Part shown: positions 12,746 through 26,790 of the stretch, piece after piece | Layout: every line of letters starts with the position of its first letter | Numbering within the stretch: position 1 is the first letter of the stretch | From: Octopus sinensis | Taxonomy: Eukaryota | Length of the DNA: 64,000 nt | Direction: 5' to 3' | Assembly (NCBI RefSeq): GCF_006345805.1 | Contig: NC_043021.1 | Location: forward strand, 7,998,001 to 8,062,000 | Position numbers and translations under genes: made by a program | Notes under the pieces: generated by a model | Told to the model about the DNA's origin: nothing | Databases searched by the model: none | Seen by the model: the letters and a program-made list of their open reading frames with translations, nothing else

Positions 12746-13312
12746 ACTCTTTAAAGTATAGAGTTGAATTTCGTGTAGCCACCTGTTGGCAACTTTTCTC
12801 CACCACCTATTTTGTAGTGGGTGTTACCCATTTTTCTGGGCTCTTTTCACAGCTTATAACCCATTGGAAATTTGCAGTAATTTTTGTATGGAAACAAAAA
12901 AAAGGAAGGGAGGGTTGCTTGTTTGTAGTTTATAGAGGAAACATTAAACGGTGCCTAAAAAAAAACATGTTCTTTTCCCCCAACTAAAAGACATGAAGAA
13001 CTTAATCTATTTCTCTAAATCTCTCTTTTCCCCCTCCCTCCCCACTCCCTCCTCTATGTCCCCCCCCTTGCCTCTAACTGTTTAACATGTCATATTTCTC
13101 TTACCTCTCGGCGCTATCAGTCTCCCCCACCCACTCTCTCCCTCTCTCACTTCAACTATACTTCCTCTGCTTCTGTACCTCCACTACCCCCCCACCCGCT
13201 TTGCCACTCACTTCAAGTATATCTCCTCTGCTTAACACCTTTTATTTCTCCACAGGTGCGTACAAAAACAAAAAAGAAACTAAGTGTATTAATATTATTG
13301 ATTATTATTATT

Positions 13313-13530
13313 AAGGCAGCGAGCTGGCAGAATTGTTAGCACGCTGGATGAAGTGTTTAATGGTATTTTGCCCAGTGCTCTGATCTGAGTTCAAATTCCA
13401 CCAAGATCAACTATGCCTTTCATCCTTTTGGAGGTCGATAACATAAGTAAGAATCAGTGAAACATTGGGGTCAATGTAATAGACCCATCCCCTTCTGCAA
13501 AATGGCTGCCCTTGTGGCAAAATTTGAAAT
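13313..13530 (+). mobile_element. Nin-domain SINE, diverged
   Basis: aaggcagcgagctggcagaa...gcctttcatcc. Confidence 0.75.
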
Positions 13531-13764
13531 CATTATTATAATTATTATTATTGAGTGGGCGAGGAGTGCATGCCATCAAAGTGACACTGGGGTAAATTTA
13601 CGAAGCCCAGTATACCCATCATGACTACCCATATAATAAGTGTACAATAGGCATATGCATCACAACCATATGTGCGTGACATGGTGATTTCATATCAAAT
13701 GAATAGTGGGTGCTTTTACATGCCACCGGCACGAGGGCCAATCAGGCGGTACTGGCAACGGTAC

Positions 13765-13890
13765 TTGTCTCTGAAAGGATGAAAGGCAAAGTCGACCTTG
13801 GCGGGAATTGAACTCAGAACGTAGCGACGGGCGAAATACTGCTAAGCATTTCGTGGAGCATGCTAATGATTCTGCCAGCTTGCTGCCTTA
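13765..13890 (-). mobile_element. Nin-domain SINE, diverged
   Basis: aaaggatgaaaggcaaagtcgacc...ctgccagcttgctgcctt. Confidence 0.75.
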
Positions 13891-14242
13891 ATGATGATAA
13901 CAATGACAATAAGACAGTCACAGCTGGAATGTCTTCAAGCTTTAGTTCTATAAGAACAAAAATAACCTGGGCTTAAACAACAACAACAACAACAGTAACA
14001 ATAGCTTTCGATTTGAAATGGCCAATTAATAAAAGTTTCTTTATTATAATAGTGTAGGAGTGAAAGTAAGAGCAATCGAAAATAAAATCATTAAGTAGTA
14101 AATTCATTGTATTTAAAGACATATAACAAGAAGCCATGATAAGAACATTCTAGATTTTGGAGAAAATGGTCTAGACATTATCTAAGAAGTCTCCTCTTTT
14201 GTCTTATTTTCTTCCTCATTCATTCCATACCTCTCACTCTCC

Positions 14243-14303
<61 letters not shown>

Positions 14304-14661
14304 ACTGTCTATCTATCCTATCTTTATTTACCTATCCATGTATGTATTATTTATATCATCCTGTTATACTTTCATCAATATCTTTATGTGAGTGTGTATG
14401 TATGTGTGTCTGTGTATGTGTATATATATATATATATACATATGTATATATATAAGAATACAGTATGCATTTAAACACATAAGAGATGACTATAACAGGA
14501 CATCTGACTCACTAGAAAGAGCAGTTAAACTCCAAACCACTAATAGTTGTAATTCTGAAAGGGAAAGAGAAATGAAAACGAATTTTTCTAAAAATTTTTT
14601 TGCTACCCTAAGATTTATTAATATATATATATATATATGTACACATATATACATATGTATG

Positions 14662-14719
<58 letters not shown>

Positions 14720-14948
14720 CACGCTCTCATTTTATCTACTCTTTAAAATTTTACATCTACTGAATATGAATGTATTTTTTAAAAAATTCTTTTTCCTCCC
14801 TGTTCACATGCACATGTATATACACACATATGCACACACACACACATATACACACATACATACACACATATATGCATACATACATAAATACATACATACA
14901 CACCTGCTTATGCACACACACACACATATATATATGCATACATACAGA

Positions 14949-15384
14949 TGTGAGTGGGGGCTGAAAAGTTCCTGGTTTTAAGGGTATCGTGAAAGGCCTG
15001 GCTGGAGGCTCAACCTTAGTGAGTTCTTTTACAGGCCTTAGAAAAACTGAAGGACCACTGATATAAGTGTGTGTATCTGAGATGGGAAAATGTTTAATAA
15101 AATCATAATTAAGAGCACAAGTATATTTGGAACCTTCTTCTTTGTCACTTGTTAGAAATAGCAGCCAAATCTGTCTCAGATTTCTTTCTATGGTTTTATG
15201 AGGGGATACTGAAAAGTTCCTGGTTGGAGGCTCAACCTTCCGAGTTCTTTTACAGGTCTTGGAAAAACTGAAGGGCCACTGCAATAAGAGTGTGAATCTG
15301 AGAGGGGACTATGTTGAATAAAATCATAATAAAGTGTATTTTCTTTTATCCAAAGCTACCAACTTTTCAGCACTCCCCCTCGTA
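14949..15384 (+). mobile_element. Mariner-derived MITE(s), partially duplicated
   Basis: TIR-like gagggg..ctgaaaagtt (twice) and aacttttcagcactccccctcgta; internal residue reads like a mariner C-terminus (..CNKSVNLRGDYVE*). Confidence 0.7.
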
Positions 15385-15389
15385 CATAC

Positions 15390-15998
15390 ATATGCGTATA
15401 TTCTTGTACACATAGATGCATGCATACACACACACATACATGCATACATACATACAAACATACATACATACATAGATACATACATACAGGCTTACACACA
15501 TACATACATGCACTTATACATACATATATACATACATACACATACATGTCTACATGCATTTATACATACATACATACATACGTACATATGTACATACATA
15601 CATGCAAACATACACACACATACATACATACATACACACACACATACCTACATGTACTTATACATACATACACACATATACATACATACACACATATATC
15701 TACATGCACTTACATACATGGATGCATGCATGCATACATACATACATACATACGTACATACATACATACACACATATATCTACATGCACTTACATACATG
15801 GATGCATGCATGCATACATACATACATACATACGTACATACATACATACATACATACATGCATACATGCATGCATACATACATACATGCATGCATACATA
15901 TATGCATACATACATACATACATGCATGCATACATACATACATACATACATAGATACATACATACATACATACATACATACATGCATGCATACATACA

Positions 15999-16032
<34 letters not shown>

Positions 16033-16785
16033 CATACATACATAATACATACATACATACATAATGCATACATACATACATACATACATGCATACATACA
16101 TGCATACATGCATACATACATACATACATGCATGCATACATACATACATACATACATACATACATACATGCATACATACATACATACATACATACATGCA
16201 TGCATACATACATACATAATGCATACATACATACATACATACATACATACATACATACATGCATACATACATACATACATACATGCATACATACATACAT
16301 ACATACATGCATACATACATACATACATACATACATACATGCATGCATACATACATACATACATGCATACATGCATACATACATACATACATACATGCAT
16401 ACATACATGCATGCATACATACATACATACAGGTATGCATACATACATACATACATACATGCATACATACATGCATGCATACATACATACATACATACAT
16501 ACATACATGCATACATACATACATACATACATACATGCATGCATACATACATGCATGCATACATACATACATGCATACATGCATGCATGCATACATACAT
16601 ACATACATACATACATACATACATACATACATGCATACATACATACATACATGCATACATACATACATACACACATACCTACATGCACATACATGCATAC
16701 ATACACACATGCATACATACATACATACATACATACATACATGCATACATACATACATACATACATGCATATATACATACATACA

Positions 16786-16819
<34 letters not shown>

Positions 16820-16820
16820 C
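15390..16820. repeat. (ATAC/ATGC)n microsatellite array, about 1.4 kb
   Basis: Direct inspection; source of the 589-aa HTYI ORF. Confidence 0.98.
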
Positions 16821-17599
16821 AAACCCAGCACCAAGAACACTGTTTAACCATTCTACCATTATCATTTATTATTACCACTACCAAAACCACTACCACTACC
16901 ACCGCTGCTGTCACAGCGCAAACCCACCATTATCCACACCCCCCCCCCCGCCTCCTCTCACCACCACCACAACCACCATTACACTTTCACCTCTACCGTC
17001 ACCCCCCCCCACCACCACCACCACCATCTCCGCATTCCACCCACCATTAGCACCATTCTATAACACAAGAGAAACTCTCTCATCATCAGCCTGTCAAGTC
17101 TGAGCTTTTATTACATACAATGTTCCACCTCAGCTATTTTGTTGTTTTGTAATAATTTTTTTTAGTCCTGTTTTTGTTTTATTTTTCATTTTATTCATTC
17201 CTCTTTTCTTTGCGACGGCGGCGGCGGCGACGTGTGAGGTGAGGGTGGGGCTGGGGGTGTATGTTGTTGTTGTTGTTGTTCTTGTTCTTCTTCTTCTTCT
17301 TCTTCTTCTTAGTGGTGGTGGCACGGTTGTTCCATTCTATCTTTATCTTTTCATTCCGTTTCTATTTTCGTTTTTCGGCTTTGCTCTGTTTTTTTTTGTT
17401 TTGTTTTTTTTTATTTTATTTTTTACCGACGTTTTTTAAGTTTATGTTTATTTGTTTATTTTGTAAAATTTTTTTCTTTGCTGTTGTTGTATTAATTTCT
17501 TTTTGTTTTTTTTTCCTTTTTCTTTACCTCCTTGTACTTCTTTTTTGTTTGTTTGTTTCTTTCTTGCATTTGTCATTCTATTATTAATTAATTTATTTT

Positions 17600-18471
17600 T
17601 TATACACACACACACACACTCATACACACACACTCATACACACTCTCATACATACACACACACACTCATACACACACACTCATACACACTCTCATACATA
17701 CACACACACACTCATACACACACACTCATACACACACACACTCATGCATACACACACACACTCATACACACACACTCATACACACACACACACTCATACA
17801 CACACACCCATACACACTCTCATACATACACACACACACTCATACACACACTCATACATACACACACACACTCATACACACACACTCATACACACACTCA
17901 TACATACACACACACACTCATACACACACACTCATACACACACTCTCATACATACACACACACACTCATACACACACACTCATACACACACACACTCATG
18001 CATACACACACACACTCATACACACACACTCATACCACACACACACTCATACACACACCACACACACACACTCATACATACACACCACACTCATACACAC
18101 ACAACACTCATACACACACACCCATACACACTCTCATACACACACACTCATACACACACTCATACATACACACACACACTCATACACACACACTCATACA
18201 CACTCTCATACATACACACACACACTCATACACACACACTCATACACACACACATTCTCATGCATACACACACACACACTCATACACACACTCATACACA
18301 CACACACACTCATACACACACACCCATACACACTCTCATACATACACACACACACTCATACACACACACTCATACACACACACACTCATACACACACACA
18401 CACACACACAAAACACACACACACACGCACACGCACACACACACACACACACACCACACAAAACACACACA

Positions 18472-18525
<54 letters not shown>
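17600..18525. repeat. (CA)n/(CACTCATA) compound array
   Basis: Direct inspection. Confidence 0.97.
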
Positions 18526-18526
<1 letters not shown>

Positions 18527-18639
18527 TGTGTATGCCTGTATGCGTACATACATCTATGCGTGCGTGTGTGTGTGTGTAAGTCTTTCCAGTCCATTTACAT
18601 AGCACCCCCACCTTATTACCCCCCTCTCTCAATCTCTCT

Positions 18640-18675
<36 letters not shown>

Positions 18676-18879
18676 CTCCCACCGTAACGCTCGCCACCTC
18701 CTCCTCCTCCGTGCGTTGCCCTGAAAAGAGTCTATGTCAGCCTACTTCGTGTTTACTGACCTATTTATATATTCACGTTCTTTACCTATATTTATTTTCC
18801 ATTTTCCCCATTTTCTTCTTCTTCTTGTTGTTCTTCTTCTTCTTGTCTGTCTTGTTTTGCCTCGTGTTGAAGATAATGT

Positions 18880-18900
18880 TGTTGTTGTTGTTATTGTTGA

Positions 18901-18934
<34 letters not shown>

Positions 18935-19034
18935 GGTGGTGGTGGTGATGATGGTGGTGTGGTGGTGGTGGTGGTGGTGGTGGTGATGATGATGATGATG
19001 ATGATGGTGATGGTGGTGGTGGTGGTGGTGATGA

Positions 19035-19068
<34 letters not shown>

Positions 19069-19245
19069 GGTGGTGGTGATGATGATGATGGTGGTGGTGG
19101 TGGTGGTGGTGATGATGATGATGCTGATGATGATGGTGGTGGTGGTGATGATGATAGTGGTGGTGATGATGGTGATGATGAGGACGATGATGACGATGAT
19201 GATGATGATAACAGAGTTATTGTCGTCGTCGCCGTCGTGGTGGCC
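18880..19245. repeat. (GAT/GGT)n microsatellite
   Basis: Direct inspection. Confidence 0.95.
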
Positions 19246-19636
19246 GTTACTGTTATTGTTGTTATGACCTGGTGCAGCAGTGTTTCCCTGCTGCAAATTC
19301 AAGTCTTACACACACACACATAGCCCAGTTTTGATTCTCCGTTTCCTTCCTCTACCCACAAACCCACCCGCCCGCCCACCCACTCCTACCTCGCTCCACC
19401 CTGATTTAGAACTACATTTATTATGTTAAATAACATTATTTGAACAGTCCACCACCACCACCACCACCACAACCACAAACAGAGAAGGTTACAAACAACA
19501 AACGTCGTAACACCTTGCACCCCCTGGGAATACGAAGTTTCATGACTTGTATGTTCAGCAATTATTTTTGAATTTCCCTGGGATAAAGTGTTTTCATCGT
19601 CCCCCCCCCCCCCGGAATCCTCTTCCCCAACTCCTA

Positions 19637-19831
19637 GGCGTAGGAGTGGCTGCGTGGTAATTAGCTTACTGACCAACCACATGGTTCCGGGTTCAGTCCC
19701 ACTGCTTGGCGTCTTGGGCAAGTGTCTTCTACTATAGCCCTGGGCCGACCAATGCCTTGTGAGTGAATTTGGTAGACGGAAACTGAAAGAAGCCCGTCGT
19801 ATATATGCATATATATATATATATTATATAT

Positions 19832-19878
<47 letters not shown>

Positions 19879-20050
19879 TTGTGTGTCTGTGTTTGTCCCC
19901 CTAGCATTGCTTGACAACCGATGCTGGTGTGTTTAGAGATCGATATAATAAGTACTGGGCTTACAAAGAATATGTCCCGGGGTCGAGTTGCTTGACTTAA
20001 GGTGGTGCCCCAGCATGGCCGCAGTCAAATGACTGAAACAAGTAAAAGAG
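19637..20050 (+). mobile_element. Bipartite CORE-like SINE
   Basis: Family consensus match. Confidence 0.85.
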
Positions 20051-20499
20051 TAACAAAATAAGTACCAGCCCAATAAATATACAGTGCTGTTTTTAGACAT
20101 GAGCACACTGGGTAATTACTCGGTGACCCCCCCCCCACAGGTCTGGGAATCAACATTAGTCCATGCATACTGAGGTTGTGTGGAATTCTATAATGCAAAC
20201 CCTACTTTTCCCATGTTACATAACATGGAGGTCCAGAGGAAAATAGGTTTCGCAAGACTCTTGGGAATGCAACACTTTTGCAACGCAGGGGTTATGCATC
20301 ATGACATTCGAACCTCTCAGGTATGTCACAACTTCTTTCTGCCTTGTATATGCTATGTAGGTGGTGGTGAGCTGGCAGAATTGTTAGCATGCTAACTTAG
20401 CAGTATTTCATTTGTCTCCATGTTCTGAGTTCAAATTCCGGTGAGGTTGATTTTGCCATTCATGAAGGTCAGTGATGATGCTGACAATGATGATGATCG

Positions 20500-20783
20500 A
20501 TTTGTGGCCGTTGCCAGCGCCGCCTAGCCTCTGTGCCGGTGGCACGTAAAAAGCACCATCTGATCGTGGCCGTTTGCCAGCCTAGTCTGGCACCTGTGCT
20601 GGTGGCACATAAAAAGCACCGACTACACTCATGGAGTGGTTGACGTTAGGAAGGGCATCCAGCTGTAGAAACACTGCCAGATCTGACTGGGCCTAGTGCA
20701 GCCTTCTGGCTTCCCAGACCCCAGGTGAACCGTCCAACCCATGCTAGCATGGAAAGCGGACGTTAAACGATGATGATGATGAT
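20500..20783 (+). mobile_element. RTE-LINE 3' end with (GAT)n tail
   Basis: ggaagggcatccagctgtagaaac...catggaaagcggacgttaaacgatgatgat. Confidence 0.8.
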
Positions 20784-21079
20784 ATATAGTCGCAGGCATG
20801 GCTGCATGGTAAAAAGTTTTCTTCACAACCACATGGTTCTGGGTTCAGTCCCACTTTGGGCAAATGTCTTCTACTATAGCCTTGAGCTGACCAAAGCTTT
20901 GTGAGTCGATTTGGTAAATGGAGACTGAAAGAAGCCTGTCATATATATATGTATATATCTATCTATGTGTGTGTCTTTGTGTCATCACTTGACAACCAGT
21001 ATTGGTATGTTTATGACCCACAACTTAGCAGTTCAGCAAAAGAGACCAATAGAATAAGTACTAGGATTTAAAAAAAAAA

Positions 21080-22205
21080 GTCAAATACCATCTTGATTCA
21101 TATGAAGAGTGATGAAGAAAATTTAAGAAACCATTGCCCCATATCCCTCTTGTTTCACCTCTATAAACTGTTTACAAGTGTCATAGTCACCAGACTATTG
21201 AAATATCTTGATGACCAGCACCCAAGCAGGTTTCCGTAAGAAGTGCAGTATAATGGATCACATATTCCCTCTAACACAGCTTACAGAATGAGCAAAAGAC
21301 AGCAAGCTCCTTCTGTGTATCACTTTTGTTGACTATGAAAAGGCATTCAGTAGCATCTAAATGAATGCAGTGCTGGGTTCTTTGATAGGCCACGTGTCAA
21401 GGCACAATACACTAAACTGTACAGGGATGTGAAATCTGGATGCATTACAGATATAGCTCTACTACTTCTACAAGTGAGAATACCAATTAGGAAGGGTGTG
21501 AAACAAGGAGATGCCATCTCTGCAGTGCTCTTCACTGCATGTCTAGAACTGGTCATCAGAGACATTGAACAGACAGGAGGCATGAACATCAATAATGAGT
21601 TACTAACACATCTCCAATTCACAGATGACGTTGAAACCATTGCCAAAAGCACACATCAGCTACATACCAGTCTGACAAAGCTGGATACCCTTAGCTCAGC
21701 AGCAGGTTTTAAAATGAACCACATGAAAACAAAATACATCTGATTTTAAAATGTAGCACAAGTCTGAATAGAAGTGGGATGTGATGAAATCAAGGGGGTA
21801 AAGGAATATGTCTACCCAGGCCACACAGTGGATATGCATTGGGACATGGATGTTGAAATCTCGAAAAGAATAAGGGCAAGATGGAAGGTGTTTACCTCAA
21901 TAAAAAGATGTGTTCAAAGCAAAGCTGGACAAGACCGTACATGCCAGACTCTTCAATAGCACTGTCCTATCTGTGTTCTTCTACACTAGTGAGGTGCTGG
22001 CTACTATGAAGACCGAAGAACATCAATCAGTTACAATGCAATGTGCCATAGAAAGACTCATTCTATGAATATAATTATGAGAGCATGTTTGAAATGAGTG
22101 AATATTGTGATTGCAGAATACCAAAAGCACAAGTTCTGCTGGACTGGACATGTTGCAAGGTTCACAGAGAGGGGATGGACCCATGCAGTTGCCAAATAAT
22201 ATCCA
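21080..22205 (+). mobile_element. RTE-clade LINE reverse transcriptase relic
   Basis: NHCPISLLFHLYKLF; KGVKQGDAISAVLF; LTHLQFTDD; KEYVYPGH..EISKRIRARW; many stops and frameshifts. Confidence 0.9.
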
Positions 22206-22208
22206 AGA

Positions 22209-22440
22209 GGTGGTGAGCTGGCAGAAATGTTAGCATGCCGGGTGAAATGCTTAGCGGTATTTCGTCTGCCACTACGTTCTGAGTTCAAATTCTGCCGAGG
22301 TCGACTTTGCCTTTTATCCTTTCGGGGTCAATAAATTAAGTACCAGTTACGCACTGGGGTCGATGTAATCGACGTACTCCCTTTGTCTGTCCTTGTTTGT
22401 CCCCTCTATGTTTAGCCCCTTGTGGGCAATAAAGAAATAA
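22209..22440 (+). mobile_element. Nin-domain SINE, near full length
   Basis: Head gagctggcagaa, B box gagttcaaattc, Nin domain, tail aataaagaaataa. Confidence 0.88.
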
Positions 22441-22476
22441 GTAGTATCCAAAAAATTTTTAAAAAACATTCAGAAG

Positions 22477-22885
22477 GCATAGGAGTGGCTGTGTGGTAAG
22501 TAGCTTGCTTATGAACCACATGGTTCCGGGTTCAGTCCCACTGCGTGGCCCCTTGGGCAAGTGTCTTCTACTATAGCCTCGGGCCGACCAAAGCCTTGTG
22601 AGTGGATTTGGTAGACGGAAACTGAAAGAAGCCTGTCGTATATATGTATATATATATGTATGTGCATGTATGTTTGTGTGTCTGTGTTTGTCCCCCTAGC
22701 ATTGCTTGACAACCGATGCTGGTGTGTTTACGTCCCCGTCACTTAGCGGTTCGGCAAAAGAGACCGATAGAATAAGTACTGGGCTTACAAAGAATAAGTT
22801 CCGGGGTCGATTTGCTCGATTAAAGGCGGTGCACCAGCATGGCCGCAGTCAAAATGACTGAAACAAGTGAAAAGAGAAAAAGAGA
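22477..22885 (+). mobile_element. Bipartite CORE-like SINE, full length
   Basis: Family consensus match. Confidence 0.9.
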
Positions 22886-24149
22886 GAAAGTATTCCACAA
22901 TGATGGGAAGGCAGTCTTGTTGAGCAATTTGGGTCAAGAGGGACCAGAAAGGCACAACCGAGACAGAAACAGAAGTGCAATGTAACTACTGAAATGTATT
23001 TGCTCAACTGTTAACTCCATTGCAAGCACTGCTACCACTGCCGCTACCACCAGCATCACCACCTTCACACACCTGAATTTGTGTCTTTGTCTGTATTTAC
23101 ACAATGTTCTAATGAAGGAATGTTGCATTTAGGAAAAAAAAAATTATAAAATACATTTCATGCTAAATTTATTTAGCCATTTGCTAGACTTCTTATAATA
23201 TTATTCTATCATTTTGCAAAACAAAAAGAAAGACCGTCCCTCCCTCCACCCCGACCAGTAAAGAGACCAATGTGGATAAATTGAAAAATTCAATGAGGTC
23301 AGAAAAATTAGGAGAAAACTACATGTAAAATAAGTCTGGACAAAAATAGTGATCGATGGAATACATTATCTTGAATACTGATCTGTGCTAAAATGGCTGC
23401 TGCAGAACAAAAAATATGTTTCACTAGAGAAACCAGAAATTTGTTGAAATTAAGCGAAGAATCTTCTCTGTTTTGTAATAAAATATTTAATACATGAAAG
23501 GAAAATATTCTTCAATCAATTATGAGCGCAATCATACTTGCTGCCAAGTTTTAATAATTATTTATTGAAAGAATAATAAGTGTCTTGTTTGATTTCTTTT
23601 CTTCTAATCTCTTGTTATTATGAAATTATTTTAATGGTATGTCTCTGAGTGCCTTTTTATCCTAATAAATAAGCTTGAATTCTTTCCTTGCATTTTTTTT
23701 TGTTTTGTCAATTATTTAGAGTAGGAGGAGTTGTTTGTACTCATGACCTTTGCAGGCCACCCAGAATGTTGCATTTGATATATATGATGTTCAGTGTCAC
23801 CGTTTGTAGGTCAATGCTTTAACAGTAAAAAAAAAAAACCAGAAAGAAAAGAAAAAAAAGAAAAAAATAAAGGTAAAAAAACGAAAAGCAATAATCAGAA
23901 TAAAAACAAAAAAACTTGATAACAAGGAAATTCCAAAGGGAAGTAATTCTGAAGAGAATTGAGTGGGGGGGGGAATGCAAAGTTTGGGGGATGAAATAGT
24001 AAGAAAGGTGAGTGAGGAAAGGCAGGAGGTGGACTTGTGTGGAGGGGGATACTTTGCAGCTTTCTACTTCATAAGAGTAGAAGCTGTTGTAGAAATGGCA
24101 GAGAGGGGAAATGCTGCATATATGAGCATATTGGTCTTTTATCTGCTGT

Positions 24150-24371
24150 CTTTTACTTGCTTCAGTCTTTAGACTGCGGCCATGCTGGGGCACCAACTGG
24201 AAAGATTTTAAGTTGCGCGAATCAGCCCCCAGTACTTATTTGTTATTAAATCCTGGTACTTATTCTATCGATTACTTTTGCCAAACTGCTAAGTTACGGG
24301 TATGTAAACACACCAACACTGGTTATCAAGTGGTGGTGGTGGTGGTGGGAGAACATAGACACAAAGACACA

Positions 24372-24402
<31 letters not shown>

Positions 24403-24480
24403 CGTATATATATACAATGGGATTCTTTCAGTTTCCGTTGACCAAATCTACTCACAAGGCTTTGGTCAGCCTGAGGTTAT
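24150..24480 (-). mobile_element. CORE-like SINE, partial
   Basis: Reverse-complement tail and part of head. Confidence 0.75.
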
Positions 24481-24482
24481 AG

Positions 24483-25076
24483 GTATTTCTTTATTGCCCA
24501 CAAGGGGCTAAACACAGAGGGGACAAACAAGGACAGATAAACGGATTAAGTCGATTACATCGACCCCAGTGCGTAACTGGTACTTAATTTATCAACCCCA
24601 AAAGGATGAAAGGCAAAGTCGACCTCGGCGGAATTTGAACTCAGAACAAAGCGGCAGACGAAATACCTATTTCTTTACCACCCACAAGGGGCTAAACAGA
24701 GAGGACAAACAAAGACAGACAAACGGATTAAGTCGATTATATCGACCCCAGTGCATAACTGGTACTTATTTAATCGACCCCGAAAGAATGAAAGGCAAAG
24801 TCGACCTTGGCGGAATTTGAACTCAAAATGCAGCGGCAGACGAAATACCTATTTCTTTATTACCCACAAGGGGCTAAACAGAGAGGACAAACAAGGACAG
24901 ACAAATGGATTAAGTCGATTATATCGACCCCAGTGCATAACTGGTACTTATTTAATCGACCCCGAAAGGATGAAAGGCAAAGTCGACCTCGGCGGAATTT
25001 GAACTCAGGACGCAACGGCGGACGAAATACCATAAAGCATTTCGCCCGGCGTGCTAACGTTTCTGCCAGCTCGCCA
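24483..25076 (-). mobile_element. Nin-domain SINE with three tandem 182-bp bodies and one head
   Basis: Units start near 24483, 24665 and 24847 with 182-bp period; only the last extends to the 5' head (ctgccagctcgcc). Confidence 0.9.
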
Positions 25077-25484
25077 CTATAGTAAAAGATACTTGCCCAA
25101 GGTGCCACACAGTGGAATTGAACAAGGAATTATGTGACTAAGAAGCAAGCTTCTTACCATACAGCCATTTATTTGTTTTTGTTTTTGTTCTTGAGATAAA
25201 GTCTAAGATGTTTGTTTGAGTCTCTGAGTATAGCAGTAGCACCACCATCTTTTATAACGTCTACTTTTCCACGCTTGTACAGGTCAGAGAAAATCTGTTC
25301 AGTCATATTTTTCACGGCTGAATGCCTTCCCTCTTACCGACCCTCACCTATTTCCAAGCAAGGTATTTCTCCATGGCTGGACACATTTCTTCAGAAGACT
25401 GGAAATGAACAGTACAGCTTGAATTTTGATGATTGCTTGTTTACGGCTCTAGTGTAATGCCAAGACAAGGAATTACAAATAAAC

Positions 25485-26045
25485 ACATACAAATGCATAC
25501 CCACACACACACACACACCAATGCATACATACACACATACCAATACATACACATACTCCCTCACATACATAACAATGCATGCACACACACACACAAATAC
25601 ACTAATGTACACACACACCAGTGCATACACACACACACACACACAAATATGCACACACCAATGTACACACACACACCAATACATACATACATACACACAT
25701 ACAAATACATACACATACACCAATACAAACACGCACACACCAATGCACATAAACACACCAATGCATATATACACACATAGCAATACATACACATACACAC
25801 TCACATATATACACAACAATGCATGCACACACACACAAATACACCAATGTACACACACACACACCAATGCACACACACACAAATATGCACACACCAATGC
25901 ACATACACACCAATACATACATACACATATACCAATACATACACATACACACACACCAATGCACATACACACACCAATGCACACATACACATACCAATGC
26001 ACACACACATACACAAATATGCACACATACAAACACACACACACT
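25485..26045. repeat. Degenerate (CA)/(CACCAATG) array
   Basis: Direct inspection. Confidence 0.95.
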
Positions 26046-26454
26046 TCTCTACTCATCTTCTCTATTATATCCCAGGTCAGTCCAGGGCTATTGTAGAAGA
26101 CACTTGCCCAAGGTGTCACACAGTGGGATTGAACCCAAAACCAGGGGGTTGGGAAGCGAACTTCTTAACCACACAGTCATGCCCATGTTACCATTGAATA
26201 CATATGAGCAAGTACTCTGAAGTGTGTCATATTTTAATTTTGTGAAGGGTCACCAACTAATTAGAAGTGATATACCTTGTGAACCAGGTTCCATGACAAG
26301 TTACAAGGGATCCCAAAATTCCAAGAGAAATAGTGATAAACAGACTAATTCATACAAATGTATTTTTAAGATGTTTTGATATACTATTCTTCGTTAAGGC
26401 GGCAAACTGGCAGAATCATTAGCACACTGGGCAAAATGATACTCTTTACACTTT

Positions 26455-26790
26455 TACACTTTTACTCTTTTACTTGTTTCAGTCATTTGACTGTGGCCAT
26501 GCTGGAGCAATGCCTTTAATCAAGCAACTCGACCCCGGGACTTATTCTTTTGTAAGCCCAGTACTTGTTCTATCAGTCTCTTTTGCCGAACCGCTTAGTA
26601 ATGGGGACATAAACACACCAGCATCGGTTGTCAAGCAATGCTAGGGGGACAAACACAGACACACAAACACACACACGCATATATATATATATTTATATAT
26701 ATACATATATACGACGGGCTTCTTTCAGTTTCCGTCTACCAAATCTACTCACAAGGTTTTGGCCGACCCGAGGCTATAGTAGAAGACACC
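26455..26790 (-). mobile_element. CORE-like SINE, partial
   Basis: Reverse-complement family match. Confidence 0.85.

Noticed and set aside
15334-17103. 589-aa ORF and similar long ORFs (9018-9695, 17503-18579, 42641-43510 and others)
   Set aside because: They are translations of stop-free microsatellites (HTYI, MYVC, poly-I/L), with no coding signal
24483-25076. Regularly spaced repeats as a CRISPR-like array
   Set aside because: Units are 182-bp SINE bodies without unique spacers; eukaryotic context and no cas genes
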